Shown piece after piece: positions 1-15,594 of a DNA stretch of 39,742 nucleotides. Every line of letters starts with the position of its first letter. Within the stretch, counting starts at the first letter, position 1. The position numbers were made by a program, and so were the translations under genes. Source of the stretch: Octopus sinensis (lineage: Eukaryota); assembly GCF_006345805.1 (NCBI RefSeq), contig NW_021835505.1:1-39742 (forward strand). Reading direction: 5' to 3'. A model generated the notes under the pieces. It had not been told where the DNA came from. It saw nothing but the letters and a program-made list of their open reading frames with translations, and made no database searches.

Positions 1-1090
1 AAACGATTCTTTAAGAACAAGAGATTGGCTAAATTTTTTCAATATTACCTAAATATTACAAATTATGTAATATGTAGGATAATATTTGTTTTCTTATACA
101 ATGCTTTCGCAAACACATTACACGTAGTGAAATTAAAAAAGGGAAAATATCTTGCAATAAGGATAATATTTTTATTGCTTGGAATGAAACCAAGAATTAC
201 GAATAAAATCACTACTGAAATGCAAATATCCACCAAAAATATATAACAAACATTTTACACATACATACATAGATTAACGCACATGCATACTCACACAGCA
301 CGCACATGTCTGAGGGCAAATGATCTTAGCAAGATTAAAGCTCATTAAATACTGTTACAGTAAAAATCATATTTATTATATATGATTCTTAACTCTGAAT
401 TTTACTTCAAATTAGAGTTAGTTATATTTTCGAATGTAGATTTTAAGTGTTTATTGTATGGTGTATCACATGGTTAATGCCATCAATATATACTAATATA
501 AAATACGTATATAATTATTGTACAGTTGACATACTTATGATTTCATATTTGGAAATATATAACCGAGATACAGTACATTTCTTCCTAAAGACTCACGCTG
601 TTTACGACCTACAATTCTGTACTCTTAAATTATTCTGGAATATTTTTCATGGAATGAACCATTGTTTTTAAAATAACTTGCAGAAATTTGAAACACATAT
701 GTACCGATATACTTTTCTCTATTGTTTCATCTTTTCTTTCAAAAACAGTTTATACACACACACGTACGCACGCACACATATGCTGACGCATATATAAAAT
801 TTTACACACAAGCACACAAATGTGTATATGTGTGGGTATGTGAATATGTCTGTGTTTTCTATAGATAGCAAAGCAATTGCTTCAATCTTGGATTCATGCC
901 ATTTTATGGATGAGAGAAAAATGCTTGCCAGGATCGTAACCGACTCAGTCAAAAGCAACTTTCTCTAGGTAGAGATTTATTCAGAGTAGAAAACTAGTGT
1001 AAATCATTAATTCATGATATTTGGTTCGATCAGTTCTGCATTTTCTCATCATCCGTTTAGGCTTTTCGTCACATATTTTGACAATATAAG

Positions 1091-1148
1091 AGGAATGGCT
1101 ATTTTATAGGAATGGCTATATATTAGGAATGACGTATTATAGGAATGG
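1091..1148. repeat. Short tandem repeat with AGGAATG core (16-17 bp unit, about 3.5 copies)
   Basis: aggaatggctattttat / aggaatggctatatatt / aggaatgacgtattat / aggaatgg. Confidence 0.75.
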
Positions 1149-1572
1149 AAGGGAGTATAAATAAATTTTTAGTGCCATTAATAAAATAAAACCAGTTTTC
1201 ATTCTCTATTAGCTTTTTCATACTGTTCAAAAATAATTAAAATTAAATACGTCAGTATGTTCATAACTAATTATAAGACTGATTTGTGAAATTTTTCACT
1301 AGATAACATTCTTCTTACTTAGCATTTCTTAATTATGTAAAAAAAACATTAATTCGAGAGAATATTAATGTAAAATAGTGTATTCATAATTTAAAGAATG
1401 AGATAAATAACCATTCTTCAAGTTGAATCATTTTGACATGATTTGTGGCATAACCATATCGTAGAGTTTCAATTATAACATTTATCATTGAACAATAAAG
1501 TATGTATATGAGTGATACATAGCAGTAGTTGTTTCTCGTCTAATAGATACGTTTTTAAAGCAAAAAATTAAT

Positions 1573-1600
1573 TGTATTTATATATATATATGTATGTGTG

Positions 1601-1691
<91 letters not shown>

Positions 1692-1747
1692 GTATATATA
1701 TACATATATATGTATATATATACGTGTATATATATATATATATATAT

Positions 1748-1829
<82 letters not shown>

Positions 1830-1830
1830 G
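1573..1830. repeat. Compound (TA)n/(TG)n microsatellite
   Basis: Directly visible dinucleotide runs. Confidence 0.95.
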
Positions 1831-4807
1831 TAGCGTCAATTTTAATTTCAAAAAGTTCACTAGCCTAAAGGTCATCCATCATTTCGTTTAGATTTTGAGG
1901 TTTTTAAGTTTTCTTTTTCTTTTGTTTGCGGTTTTTTTTTCATAGTAAGAGTAATTGTGACCTGAATATATCAAACAATAAAAATAAAGATTTAAATTTT
2001 CAAAAAATTGGACCACTTTTAGGGAAGCCAACAAGATAACTGTAACTGTACACACAAACACAATCATATATTCGAGGCACTCGCACGCACACATACACGT
2101 GGCCTTACTCTCTCTCTCTCTCTCTCTTTCCCACACACACACATACATACATACACCTGCATCATATATATATACTATATATATATATATATATTATATA
2201 TACTTGCGTGTGTCTCTTTGTCTATTTGTGCGTGTGTGTGTGTATGTGGACAAGTAACGTTGGCTTTATCATTTCATAAAACAAAAAATAATACATGAAG
2301 TGAAAAATTGAAAAATACAAAAAGATTCTCGTAGGAATATGGTGGTTCCATTCACATAGACCAATAATATTTGTTCTTTCTTTCTTCAACTTCTTTCTTT
2401 GGAATTGGTTAAAGAATTTATTTATAAACAGACACTGTTGCCCTGCCTTTTGCTTGGAATTTTTAATAACCACAAGGGGCAGGTTGTTAAGAAACAGATC
2501 TAAGTTTGATAACATTTATAGCATTCTAGTAGGCGCTTTTTTAAACATTTTTTTTCTTTTGTAAAATGGTAAGTGAAGAGTGTAACATGACATGGCATAT
2601 CAGATTTCAGTGTGCTTTTTAACAATTTTCATCATTGAAATTTTAATAAAGGGTTTGAGCAACCACGTGACATAAGTTTTCCTTCAAAATTTGAAAAGAA
2701 AACATGTCTTCTCCAAGCTTTTTGTTTATTAAACATGTATCAAACATGTTTATATGCAATTTTACTCTTCCAGTCAAGTTTTTCTAATAACTGATTTAAT
2801 TCTCGTAGAAATGTTGGTCCAACAGACAGTGCAAACAAAGAATTAATTATAAGTTTGGAATAAAACCTCATATTACAAATTATATATATATATTTTCATT
2901 TTTTTAATTTAAAAGATCGAAAATTTTGTAATTTCTCCAACCTTTTATGTTTTTTCATACACCATTTAATAAATGAAGAAGCCGTGAATTTGGTCCGTAA
3001 GGAATAACGTCCTTATTAAAAAAAAAACCATTTAAAACAATAATTAGTAACTTGACTGGTTGCCAATATAAAGAGTTAGTAATTTTGATATATTCAAATA
3101 TGTAGCTGTGTTAATCAATACGTTTATCAGCTACATTGATTGCTTGGACTGGTGAAGATAGCTCCTGGTTTTATATTAATATTATTATTATCATTATTAT
3201 ATTTTTAATTTTGTAATTGTGTGTGTGAGTGTGTGGTGCCGTTTTTATTGATGGCAAAGCTTTAAAAGAAATAAAAGCACAAGACTTAGGCAGGCTAGCT
3301 CCCACCAAAGAAATACATAATACTTGTCGAGCACATTTTAAACTGTTACAACAATGAGGATAAATAAAATGAAATAGATGTGTTTGTTCAAGTTCTAATT
3401 CTATACATATAAATAACACAAATATCAGTGTTATTTAACCATAAATTATTTTAAAATAGGGTAAATTTCTTAAATTGGCATGAAATTATTAAAAAAAAAG
3501 AAACAAAAAAGAGATTGACGGTGTGCAAGTTTCTGGGAAATAGTGGGAAAAAAATGAGGCAGGATTAAAAGTGTTCAAAATCAGCCATTGCAGGCCACCG
3601 TTGAAACATAATTTTTGGTAAAAGTATCCATGGAAACATATAGAGACTTGGTTCTAGAGGGAGAAAATAGTATTTACGCTGTTTGAGTTAATTACATTAA
3701 TTGACATTGATTCACAAAAGTCCCGTCGTCTGTAGGGAAAAATCTTTTCTCTTTTTTAAAATCTATTTAATATTCCAATTTTATTGATGTCATGAAAGAG
3801 CTTTGTAATGAAAGAAAGATATTTCTTGTGTAAATTAATAATAAAATTTACAAGAGTCATTTTTTTCTGCTTAAAAAAATAAATCCAGTTTAAAGAGGAA
3901 TAAAACAATAGCTGCTCAAGTGACATCAATTATGTTTTCTTTTTATTACTTTATTTTTTTCTTTTTATGTGTCAGATGTAAATATAGTCTAAAAATAATT
4001 AGAACATATTGAAGTGGGTATGAATAAGTTGATAGCTGTACCAAAAATATTGGTATATTGCTGCCAACCTGTTGGTCAGTTTGGAATTCTCGAGTTATAT
4101 GCAGTTAATTACCCACCGAGATCACATACATTGGTAACAAATATCTTTTTTAATTGAAAAAAAAAACGTTCTTTTTCACCAAAACTTTCCTTTTATTTTT
4201 ATTTTCTTTGATTCAATACATTTTTGCATTTGGTCTTGTCATTTCTTTTTTTATTTTTTCTGTGGTAGAGGAAACTTTTTTTCTCTCTGTCAAAGTTTGT
4301 TTGAAGTCTTCCGGAATAATATTTAGTCAAAATAAACATAAAAACAATAATATTTAACTCAATTTTGATGTTTCCAGAATCATAACACAATATCACATGC
4401 GTCTTGTCTTATGTTTGTATCTATGTATATATGCCTATCTGTATGTATGTCTATATGTGTGTGTGTGTATCCTTAGATACATATATGAATATACATATAC
4501 ATACATGTATGTGTATATACATATACATACATGTATGTGTATATATACATATATATATATATATGCATATTGTTGTGTTATATAAATATATCAACGTACG
4601 GAGATGAAGGTACACTCATACCTGTATTTCATATACTATCGAAACATAAGCGTCATGCTCTTAAGTGTGTACGTTATATTCTTTACTCATGCTTGCATGT
4701 GTTGTCGGACATGTTATTTCCATTCCGCTGTTGCATACTTAAATAGATTTTAAAAACCCTTCAACATTCATTCAATAAACTCGCAAGGAAAGGGTAACGC
4801 TGATATT

Positions 4808-5132
4808 TTAAGCAGCTGGTGTCGTATAGCAGCTACATTCTACATGCCGATAGTTGGCTTTTACTAGACACCTGTCATAAGGAGATGGAATTCCACACAT
4901 AGAGATTGCAGTGTCAAACGGTTGACACTTACCATGTAAGTAATTCAATTTCGATTTGGAAACATCGTCGAGTTCGTCAGTGGTTGCTTCAGGAGCAAAA
5001 ACAGATAATTTAGAGATAAAATTTGCCGTTGCAATGTTGGGTAAAGAGTTCGCGTGATCAGTAATACGTCGGGAGTTTTCATACAATGTATTACGTTTAA
5101 TGTCATTAACAACGTTATATTTATTTTTGGTT

Positions 5133-5212
<80 letters not shown>

Positions 5213-8200
5213 AATAATATTATCGTTGTTTCCCGTAGGGTCTGAATCTCTTTCAGCAATGCTGGGTTTCGTTGAAATGTTTAAAAAAATGTGAAATTCG
5301 GAACTCAACCGGCCATTGCTGATAATATTAGCGATAAAATTATTAATGTTGTAGTCGTTACTGCTGTTGTTGTTATCGTTGCAGCTGTTAATACAGTTCA
5401 AATATCTGTAACAGCCGTTGTCGTTATTTTTCTCGGTACGACCACAGTCGTAGAATTGGTACTTGTCACGTTCGTTTGGTGCCAACAAGGGAACATTCTT
5501 GTTGTTGTTGTTGTTGTATTGGTCATTACAGCTGTTGAAGCTGTTGGTGCAGTTGATATTGATGCCTCTGCTGCTACTGCTGCCGCTCGTCCTTTTATAG
5601 TTGTTGCTTGTTTCGTCACTGAATGTGACGTTTCTACTCTGAGTGTGATGAGAGAAGCTAAGACTATTCTGGTTATCGCCTTCGTTAGAAGCGTTGTTTT
5701 CATCGCCCAAATCGTCATCAACGTCTTCTTCTCCTTCATCCTCCTCCTCCTCCATATCGTCCTCTTCATTTGCATTTTCACCGACGTCCCTTCCTTCTCT
5801 ATCATCATCATCGTCATCGTCGTCTTCGTTTTCTTCTCTGCCGTCATCATTATCACCACCAACATTATCGTCATCATTATCATCATCATTGTCATCATTT
5901 CTATCATCTTTGTCATTTTCATCTTCATTGTCATCATCTCCATCGTCTTCATCATCTTCATTGACTTCCTCATCCTCTTCTTCTTCCTCATCCTCTTCAC
6001 CATCATCGTTTTCTTCTTCATAATCATCACTAACATTTCTTCTTTTCATTCTTTCTGTTTTGTTAGGAACTTTAACATTGTCTCTGCCTTGATTGCCACT
6101 AAAATCGCTCTTGAAGTTGTCAGCAATAAAAAGATTATTTTTGCTTCTTCCACCATTGCTACTGCTAATTCTAGTAGTAGTGGTCGTAGTAGTAGCGTTA
6201 CCAATAGTAGTAGTATGTGCTGCAGTTGTGGTAACAGCAACGTGATCTGCAGTAAAATTGCAATTATTATTATTATTGTTATTCGCTGTAGAAAGCGGGG
6301 TAGGAGAAATTGAGGCAGTCACAGAAGTAGATTTGAAGTCACGTTTCAAGGTGGTGTTTGGAAAAGAACCACCGACTCCACTACTTCCATGACTACCGTT
6401 AGACCATTTTTCTGCAGATACTATACTATCATCATCATTTTTATTGACGTTTTCGTCTTGGTTTTTCTCACTAGCACTGAATGTAAAGTTTCTGATTGTA
6501 TTTTCATGACTCATTTCAGCATCGTTAGCAACTTTAGCAGAACCTTCACTGCTGTTGTTTGTCTCAGATTTAATATCGACTCCTTCAATCACTTTTATGC
6601 TTCCTTTTTCAAAAAGATCATTTTCTCCTTCGGGTTCGATATTTCGGAACCTGTCGTTTGATTTTTCGGGGGAATCATACAAGTTTTCGGTAACTTCATG
6701 GTTAATTTTTTTCGTTTTATTAGAAGTCTTTGAATTACTGTCACCCATAGCAGACAAACTGGGAATGTTTGTGCCATGTTTGTTAATATTTTTTGTCAAT
6801 ATATTTTCATTAAGGTCATCTTCTTCCTTAATAGCGTTTCTATCAAAATCACAGTTTTCTTCTTCGTCGATTGTGTTTTTCCAAAGTTTTGCAATACTTT
6901 TGTTATTTTCAGTATAGAACGAAGATTTCACTTTACCTTCATACTCATAACTTTTCTCAGCAGTTTCGTTGGTATAATCATCCGCCCAATCCTTGTCTTT
7001 GCTATATTTAATGTCTTTTTCATCGTTTTGGGCAATGCCACCTTCTTCCTTATTCTCACCTTCATCACGATTATCAACGTCACCGATATAATTTCTTCTA
7101 TTTTGTCCGTGGAATCTTTCGTCAAGTGGCTTTTCACCAAAACCAGAAACTGGTTGATTCGATGTCCTGGGAGAAAATTTAGAATCAGCTTTGGCAACGT
7201 TGTTAATGGTGTAAGGATCGTCTCGTATTATAATATCATTTTCATCGATATTTCGTCTGGAGAACTCCTTGCTACTTGAAGAATTTTTGTTAACAACAAG
7301 ATCGATACAATGGTTACTATCAAGATATCTAGCCATATTTCTATCTAAATAGTTTATATCGCTTTTGTTTGTGCCATAGTTTCCTGCAATAAAAATATCA
7401 CCTTTTTGATCATTAAATGTATTGTCACCTGGTGGTTTGGTTTTAATATCACTGTTCTTGCTGCTGGTTAGTCTTGAAATAACATAGTTGTTGTTACTGT
7501 AGTTTTTCCCAATGTCTATTCCTGTTTTGCTCAACAACTCTTCCTTAAAGCTGCCATGACTTGTATTTTTTCTGTTGATAAAATTATCACTAATAATGCT
7601 CTTCCTGGACAACCGGTTATCATTGTTCGAATCTCGTCTAATTCTGAGGTCATTTTCGTTAGTATCTTTCTTAATACTAAAGTCTTCATCAAAACTTAAT
7701 CGGTTCGTTAATATGTCATCATTATTTGAACTCTTAGATAAATTCACCTCTTCACTGAAACTAATATCGCCATTATTATTACCATGAATAGGTGAGTCTG
7801 TCACATTTGGTCCTTGTATTTCATGTTTTTTAACGTGTCGGTCTAAATTTGTTTGTTGACCAAAACTTTTGCCGCACAATGTGCACCGGAAAGGACGTTC
7901 CCTATTATGAATATTTCGAACATGGCGTTGTAAATTAGAGGAAATGCTAAAAGAGCGTTCACAAAATTTACATTTGTATGGCTGTTCTCCGGTGTGTGTA
8001 CGTAAGTGTCTGGTTAAGTTTGCCGACCTGGGGAATATTTTGCCACAGTATTTACAAGAATACCTTTCCTTAAACTTGCTGCTATGGAATGTCATGCTGC
8101 CACTACTGGCAGAACCACTTCCGGCACCGACGCCAGTCAGAGCAGCTCCTGCACCTGATGCTGCTGCTGCAGCAGCCATGAGGTGATGTGTTCCACTTCC

Positions 8201-11200
8201 GACCCCAGTGCCAGGACCACCACCAGGCCGATTAGCTGCGGCTGCTGCTGCTACCGCTGCTGCAACCGCGGCGGCGGCAGCAGCAGATAAAAGGCCATGC
8301 CCTCCAGGAGGAGGTGGGTACCTGAAATTACCCATACCCATTCCTGTACACGAACCAGGACCCTGACCATTTCCAGCAGCTGCTGCTGCAACTGCAGCTA
8401 AAGTTGAAGCAGTTGTCTGAGGACTGTTTGTATTATAGCCGAAATTGCCCAATCCTGACGCTGAACACGGAATGCCTCCTCCTAGTGTTTGCGAACTACT
8501 GTTGTTTGCATTTGAAGTGGGAGTGTTGTTATTGTCATTATTATTGATGATGTTGCCTCCATTGTTGCCACTCTGGGCATTTGATCCACTTTTACCACCT
8601 CCTCGGATCATATCACTGTTGTTATCTGTGTAAGAAAGGCTATTGTCCATAGAAGAATCTAGAAATCCACTGTATGAAACGAGGGGATGTTGGTAGGGAT
8701 GAGTTGTGGAAGATGATGTAAGATGATTAGGAAAGCTGGGATGTTGTAAGTGGTGGGGTAGTGTAGGATATGATGAATGGGCATGATATCTATTTAAGGT
8801 TGCCATCATTGAAGATGTGTATTTTTCTTTGTCCATCGTAGAGTAATAGGGATCTAACATATAAGATCCTGCAAAGGGGTAGGCATAGTGCAGCTCAGAT
8901 CCAGACTCTGATAGTTTAAGTGCAGCAGTCATGGTTTTGGAATCTAATTCTGAGCCTTCATTACCGCCTCCCTTCTCCCCGCTTTTCGTCAGTTTAGATG
9001 AGGCCAAAAGACCTGATCCATATACGTGAGTTTTTCGAGATGGGTAACAATTAGCAATGAATGCCTCGTCGGTGTTTTTGTTTAAGATATTATCCACTGT
9101 ATGCTTAGAATTTGTAGATAAATCAAGCGGGGCATCTAATATGCTTTTTATTTCATCTTTCACATCCAGATTATTATGGGTTTCATGGAAATTATTGCCG
9201 ATAGAATTATCCTTCAGCTTCCCACGTCGTTCGTTATTTTTTCTTTCTTCAACCTTATCTTCTTCTTCTTCATCATCTTCCTCCCTTATGCTGTCATTGT
9301 AATAGTGATTGTTATAAAAGTCTCGATAACAATAATTGTAGTCTCTGTTGATGAAATGTTTGTCATTAAGAAGCAGTCCAAACTGTCGATTTTCTTCCAT
9401 GTTGCGACTCTTAATTTCGTCAACATCATGTAAGTTTCCATACTCAAAACTATCTTCGTCGAACATGTCTTCTTCAAATTCTTCTTCTTCTTCATCATCA
9501 TGCTTTCCGTCTTCAGCAATGTAAGCAGACATGGCTGCTGCCACCCGTTCGCTCGCGGTTAACCCTGACTGGAAATTTGTTTTCAATCTGGATTTGAATC
9601 TTACACGGCGTTGCTGTGACTGCAATCTTTGTTGTTGTTGTTGTCGCTGTTCTATGCTAGATTTAGACAAATCAAATGGGGCTATTTGATGTTCTGATTC
9701 TTGTTGATGATCAAATTGTTGGTGTTTAGTAGGAGAATTCTGGAATGGAAATGAGTCAGGGTTTTCTGTTTCCTGTTTTAAAAAGCCATAAATTTGCTGC
9801 TGATGCTCTTGTAAGTATCGCTGATGTTTCTGCTGTTGTAGATTAGAAATTTCATTATCACTGTTATTGTTGTTCACTCCTGGTTGCAGATGTCGTTTCC
9901 GGCTCTTATGACTTCCACTTCCGACACTAGAAGCTATTAATCCACGCTTAGCCATCGATACAAGACTTGGTAGTGAAGATGGATTGAAAACAGCTTCTAA
10001 TAAGTTGTTGTCATTTTCGTTTCTAGCATCATCGTTATTATTATCATTATCTGGATTTCTTTTCTTCTTAGACAGTTGATGGCTTTGTAGTTCTTCAGAG
10101 TTTCTCGTGCGGAGGTTCAGGGCACCGTCTAAGAACATGGCTGCCTCTGCTAATGCAGTTGCTGTGAAAGCATTCCCAAACTGGGGTTGGTTTCGATATT
10201 GGTAATAAGGAAGATTATTTATGTTGCTGTTATTAAAATTATTGTTACCGTAGCTACTATGGCGACCTCGCTTTCGTCTCGATGTAGGTCCGGTCATACT
10301 GAGATCTTTAGCATCTACGTAGTCATTTCTCAGTTGTCGTCTGCTGTCATCTTTTTCTAGTAACATTGTAGAATCAGAGTTAGAATTTTTTGGGCAATTT
10401 CTTTCTTCCTTTTTAAATTCTTCTGCGCCAGTATCTTCTTCACTGTTATCTCCATCTTCAATTTCGCCTTCATTTTCTCCAACAACTACAACTTCTGTTC
10501 TTTCCTCCTGTTTCTCTATTCCCATTCTCTGCCTCTTTCTGGCTTTCCTTTCTTTCTTCTTCTTCTTTCTTGTCTCTGAATTGTCATTGTTGTCGTCTGT
10601 CCTCTTACGAAGAACGTTGCTATCTATATTTGCTTCATCATCATTGTCGTCACCACCAGAAGTTGTTTCTGAATAATTGGATGAAGCAGACGACGGCGAC
10701 GAGCAAGAAAAAGATGACACAGCGGCAGGACTTTTACATCCGGTAGAATTTAAAGTACTGCTTCTGTTGTCGTTAGTGTTGCTATTGTTGTTGATCATGT
10801 TGCTTCTATTGTTGTTATTATTACCCCCACTGAGCGGATTTTCGCCAGACATCCGTGTTAGATGTACATCATGTTTATCTTTAACTTGACCAAGTTCATT
10901 GTCAATGACAGTTCCAGATTTTAAACGCGAATTTTCTGAACTGAGCGTTCTTAAATCTTCCTCATTAGTGTTCTTACCGTTACTGTCTTTGTTTTTCAGT
11001 CTATTACTGTTGTTATCGTCTATGGTGTTATTGTTATTATCACCCGCCATATACTTTTTCTGATGCTGAAGCATTAGCACGGCATCTCTGTCATATGACG
11101 TTTCGCTTTGTTCGTTCTCTTTATCGTCTGTAGCATTAAAAGCATTATCAAAAGACCATCGTTTGCTATCCAATACATCGTGGCCAATGTTTTCTGTGTC

Positions 11201-12361
11201 TTCATTCTCCATTGGTTCCAATTCATCGTCATTTTCCAGTTTCTCTCTTCCGCTCTTTCTTTCGTCTCTTTCCTGATCTACCTCATCATATCTCTCCAAT
11301 TTCCAGTCAATATGCTTTTTCTCATCAAACTCTTGATTTTCAGGCCACATTTTATTCTGGGTCTCGACATCAATTCGACGCCATTTGTAGATGTCTCTTT
11401 TATAACAACTATCCACATTGTCATCGTCATCATCTAGGTTCAACCCTTGTTCTTCCTGCCAAAGGTCAATATCTGATTTTTCTATCAAATTATTATGCCC
11501 AGAATTCAGCCATTCGTCAGGTCGTTTATGTCTTATTTTTCTATTCCGTTTTCTCCATTTCCGCTTCTTCTGACTTCGACTTTCGTAATCTAGCTGATCC
11601 TTTATCAACATGCCACTTGAGTGTCTGTCAATATGACTGATATCTGAGTTAGCTTTGTTATCATTAATATTATTGTTGTTGCTGCTGCTGTTCATATTGC
11701 TGAGATTAGCCGCAGATGTTGTCAAATTATAACCAGTCATAAAATCGGGAGAATGCAAGTTGAGACCACTTATTTCTGATTCGCTCTGCAGTCGTTGATG
11801 TTGAGTCTGTTGTGGTTTTGGTAAGGATAACGACAGAGGTGCATGCGAAACAATGGATGTAGCGGGATGCATTGGTGGAAGAGGTATATGTTGATGAGCA
11901 TGTGCTGGTGCAGGGGTTGGGGGGATGGCTCCCGCCGGAGATCGAAAGCAGTCAGTGTCCAAAGCAGAACTAGACAAAGGAAGAGAACAGGAATTGATGC
12001 CACTATGATTTGTTGTTGAGGTTCCAGCCAAACTAGATGTCGCCATTGCAGCGGCTAATGGCTGAGGAAGAATAGATCCAAACTGAGGTTGAGTAATTAA
12101 AGGACGAAAGTAAGAAAGTCGAGGTTGTCCGTACATATAAGCTGAAACAGCCGCTGCGGCTGCAGCAGTGGTCAGCGGAGTATTTTGCTGTAAGGCTCCT
12201 AGTCCAGCCGGGACAAGCTTGTCGGGAGTGTAGCAGAGACGCATGCGCAGATGGTGATCAGCTGCGACTGCAGCTGCAGCTACTGCAGCAGCACTACTTG
12301 AGCGAAAGGCCCCATCGCAGAATCTCTTGTGTTTTCCGAGAGACGTTACAGTTGAAAAAAC
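4808..12361 (-). CDS. MECOM/PRDM16: PRDM3/16 (MECOM/EVI1-PRDM16/hamlet) family transcription factor, giant exon: second half of ZF7, CtBP motifs, ZF8-10, acidic tract
   Basis: The acceptor ttcttccag|G at 12362/12361 is in frame with the 2478-aa ORF and adds [17 protein letters not shown], completing the finger begun in the previous exon (EVI1 ZF7 is [21 protein letters not shown]). The exon contains [23 protein letters not shown] / [24 protein letters not shown] / [23 protein letters not shown], near-identical to EVI1/PRDM16 ZF8-10. PFDLS, PLDLS and RKTHVYG motifs are present. The 3' end is uncertain: stop at 4808-4810 or a donor after 4933. Confidence 0.93.
5135..5209 (-). repeat. Coding (AAT)25 microsatellite encoding poly-Asn25
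   Basis: 75 bp of uninterrupted ATT on the plus strand, in frame as N25. Confidence 0.9.
7823..8062 (-). other. C-terminal triple C2H2 zinc-finger domain (ZF8-10)
   Basis: Three canonical C2H2 fingers with TGEQPY and NRERPF linkers in the ORF translation; positions mapped from codons. Confidence 0.95.
9116..9130 (-). other. PLDLS CtBP-binding motif
   Basis: In-frame PLDLS, identical to the EVI1/PRDM16 CtBP motif, followed downstream by RKTHVYG (compare RKNHVFG/RKNHVYG). Confidence 0.85.
9665..9679 (-). other. PFDLS CtBP-type motif
   Basis: In-frame PFDLS, corresponding to the PFDLT motif N-terminal of PLDLS in EVI1/PRDM16. Confidence 0.75.
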
Positions 12362-14606
<2,245 letters not shown>

Positions 14607-15539
14607 CTGTTGGCAGTCTTTGCATTTGATCTGTTGTCTGCAATCAGCATGCATCCGCTTGTGTCTGCATAAATTAGAAAACTGTGTATACGCCTTTAGG
14701 CAGACTTCGCAACGGAATGGTTTCACGCTGCTGTGAATGTGCTGGTGTTGCTTCAAACCGCTCGATGTTGCGAACGTCTTTCCGCACTCGGGACACGCGT
14801 GAGACCTGGCACCTACATGCTGCGAACGGATGTGACGCTGCAGGTTACTGGGGTCAGTGAAAACCTTATCGCAGTTTTCGCAAGGGAACCTGTTGCCAAG
14901 GTTCAATGCAGCGTTCGCCGCACTTATAGTGTTAATGGCAGTATTCTTGTTGCTATTGCTGCTGCTGCTGCTGCTGCCGTTGTTGCTATTGTTCTTCTTG
15001 TTGCTACTGCTGCTGTTGGCGGTGGAAACGGCAGCACTGGCATTGCTACCGTCGCCATTGCTATTTCTACCAGAGTTACTATTACTGCAATTGCTATTAC
15101 TACTGCTGTTACTGCAGTTGCTACCGATCATCACTTTACTCTCGGTGTTGCTAACGGTGTTTGGTGGTGAACCTGCACTAATACTGTTGCTGTTGCCTCC
15201 TCCATCTCCATTTTCTCCTCCTCCTCCTTCTCCTTCACCATCCCCACCACCTCCGTCGCTATCGCTGTTGCTATTTACACTATCGGGAAATAGCATTCGG
15301 TTGCTAACGATCGACGGAGGATCGACATTATCACTGTTATTAATTCTATCGTTACTTTTACTGTTAGTGCCATTATCATTAGCATCGTTGCTGCTATTTT
15401 CATTAGCATCTTCGCCGTTGCTATTGGTGTTGTTAGTGTTGGTGCCAAACAACATTTTGCTATCAACGGGAGAATATTTGCTAAGGAATTCGTCTTTGGT
15501 ATTGGCTGAACTAACTTTGAATCTGTTAATTTGGTGATG

Positions 15540-15594
<55 letters not shown>

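Noticed and set aside
1-4807. Polyadenylation signals or a downstream gene
   Set aside because: AATAAA occurs many times in this AT-rich region and none can be prioritised; no coding signal was recognised.
5291-6313. 340-aa plus-strand ORF and the other antisense or alternative-frame ORFs overlapping the large exons (for example 14857-15537, 15619-15882)
   Set aside because: These are shadow frames of low-complexity codons (poly-D/E/N/S) on the true coding strand and have no domain.
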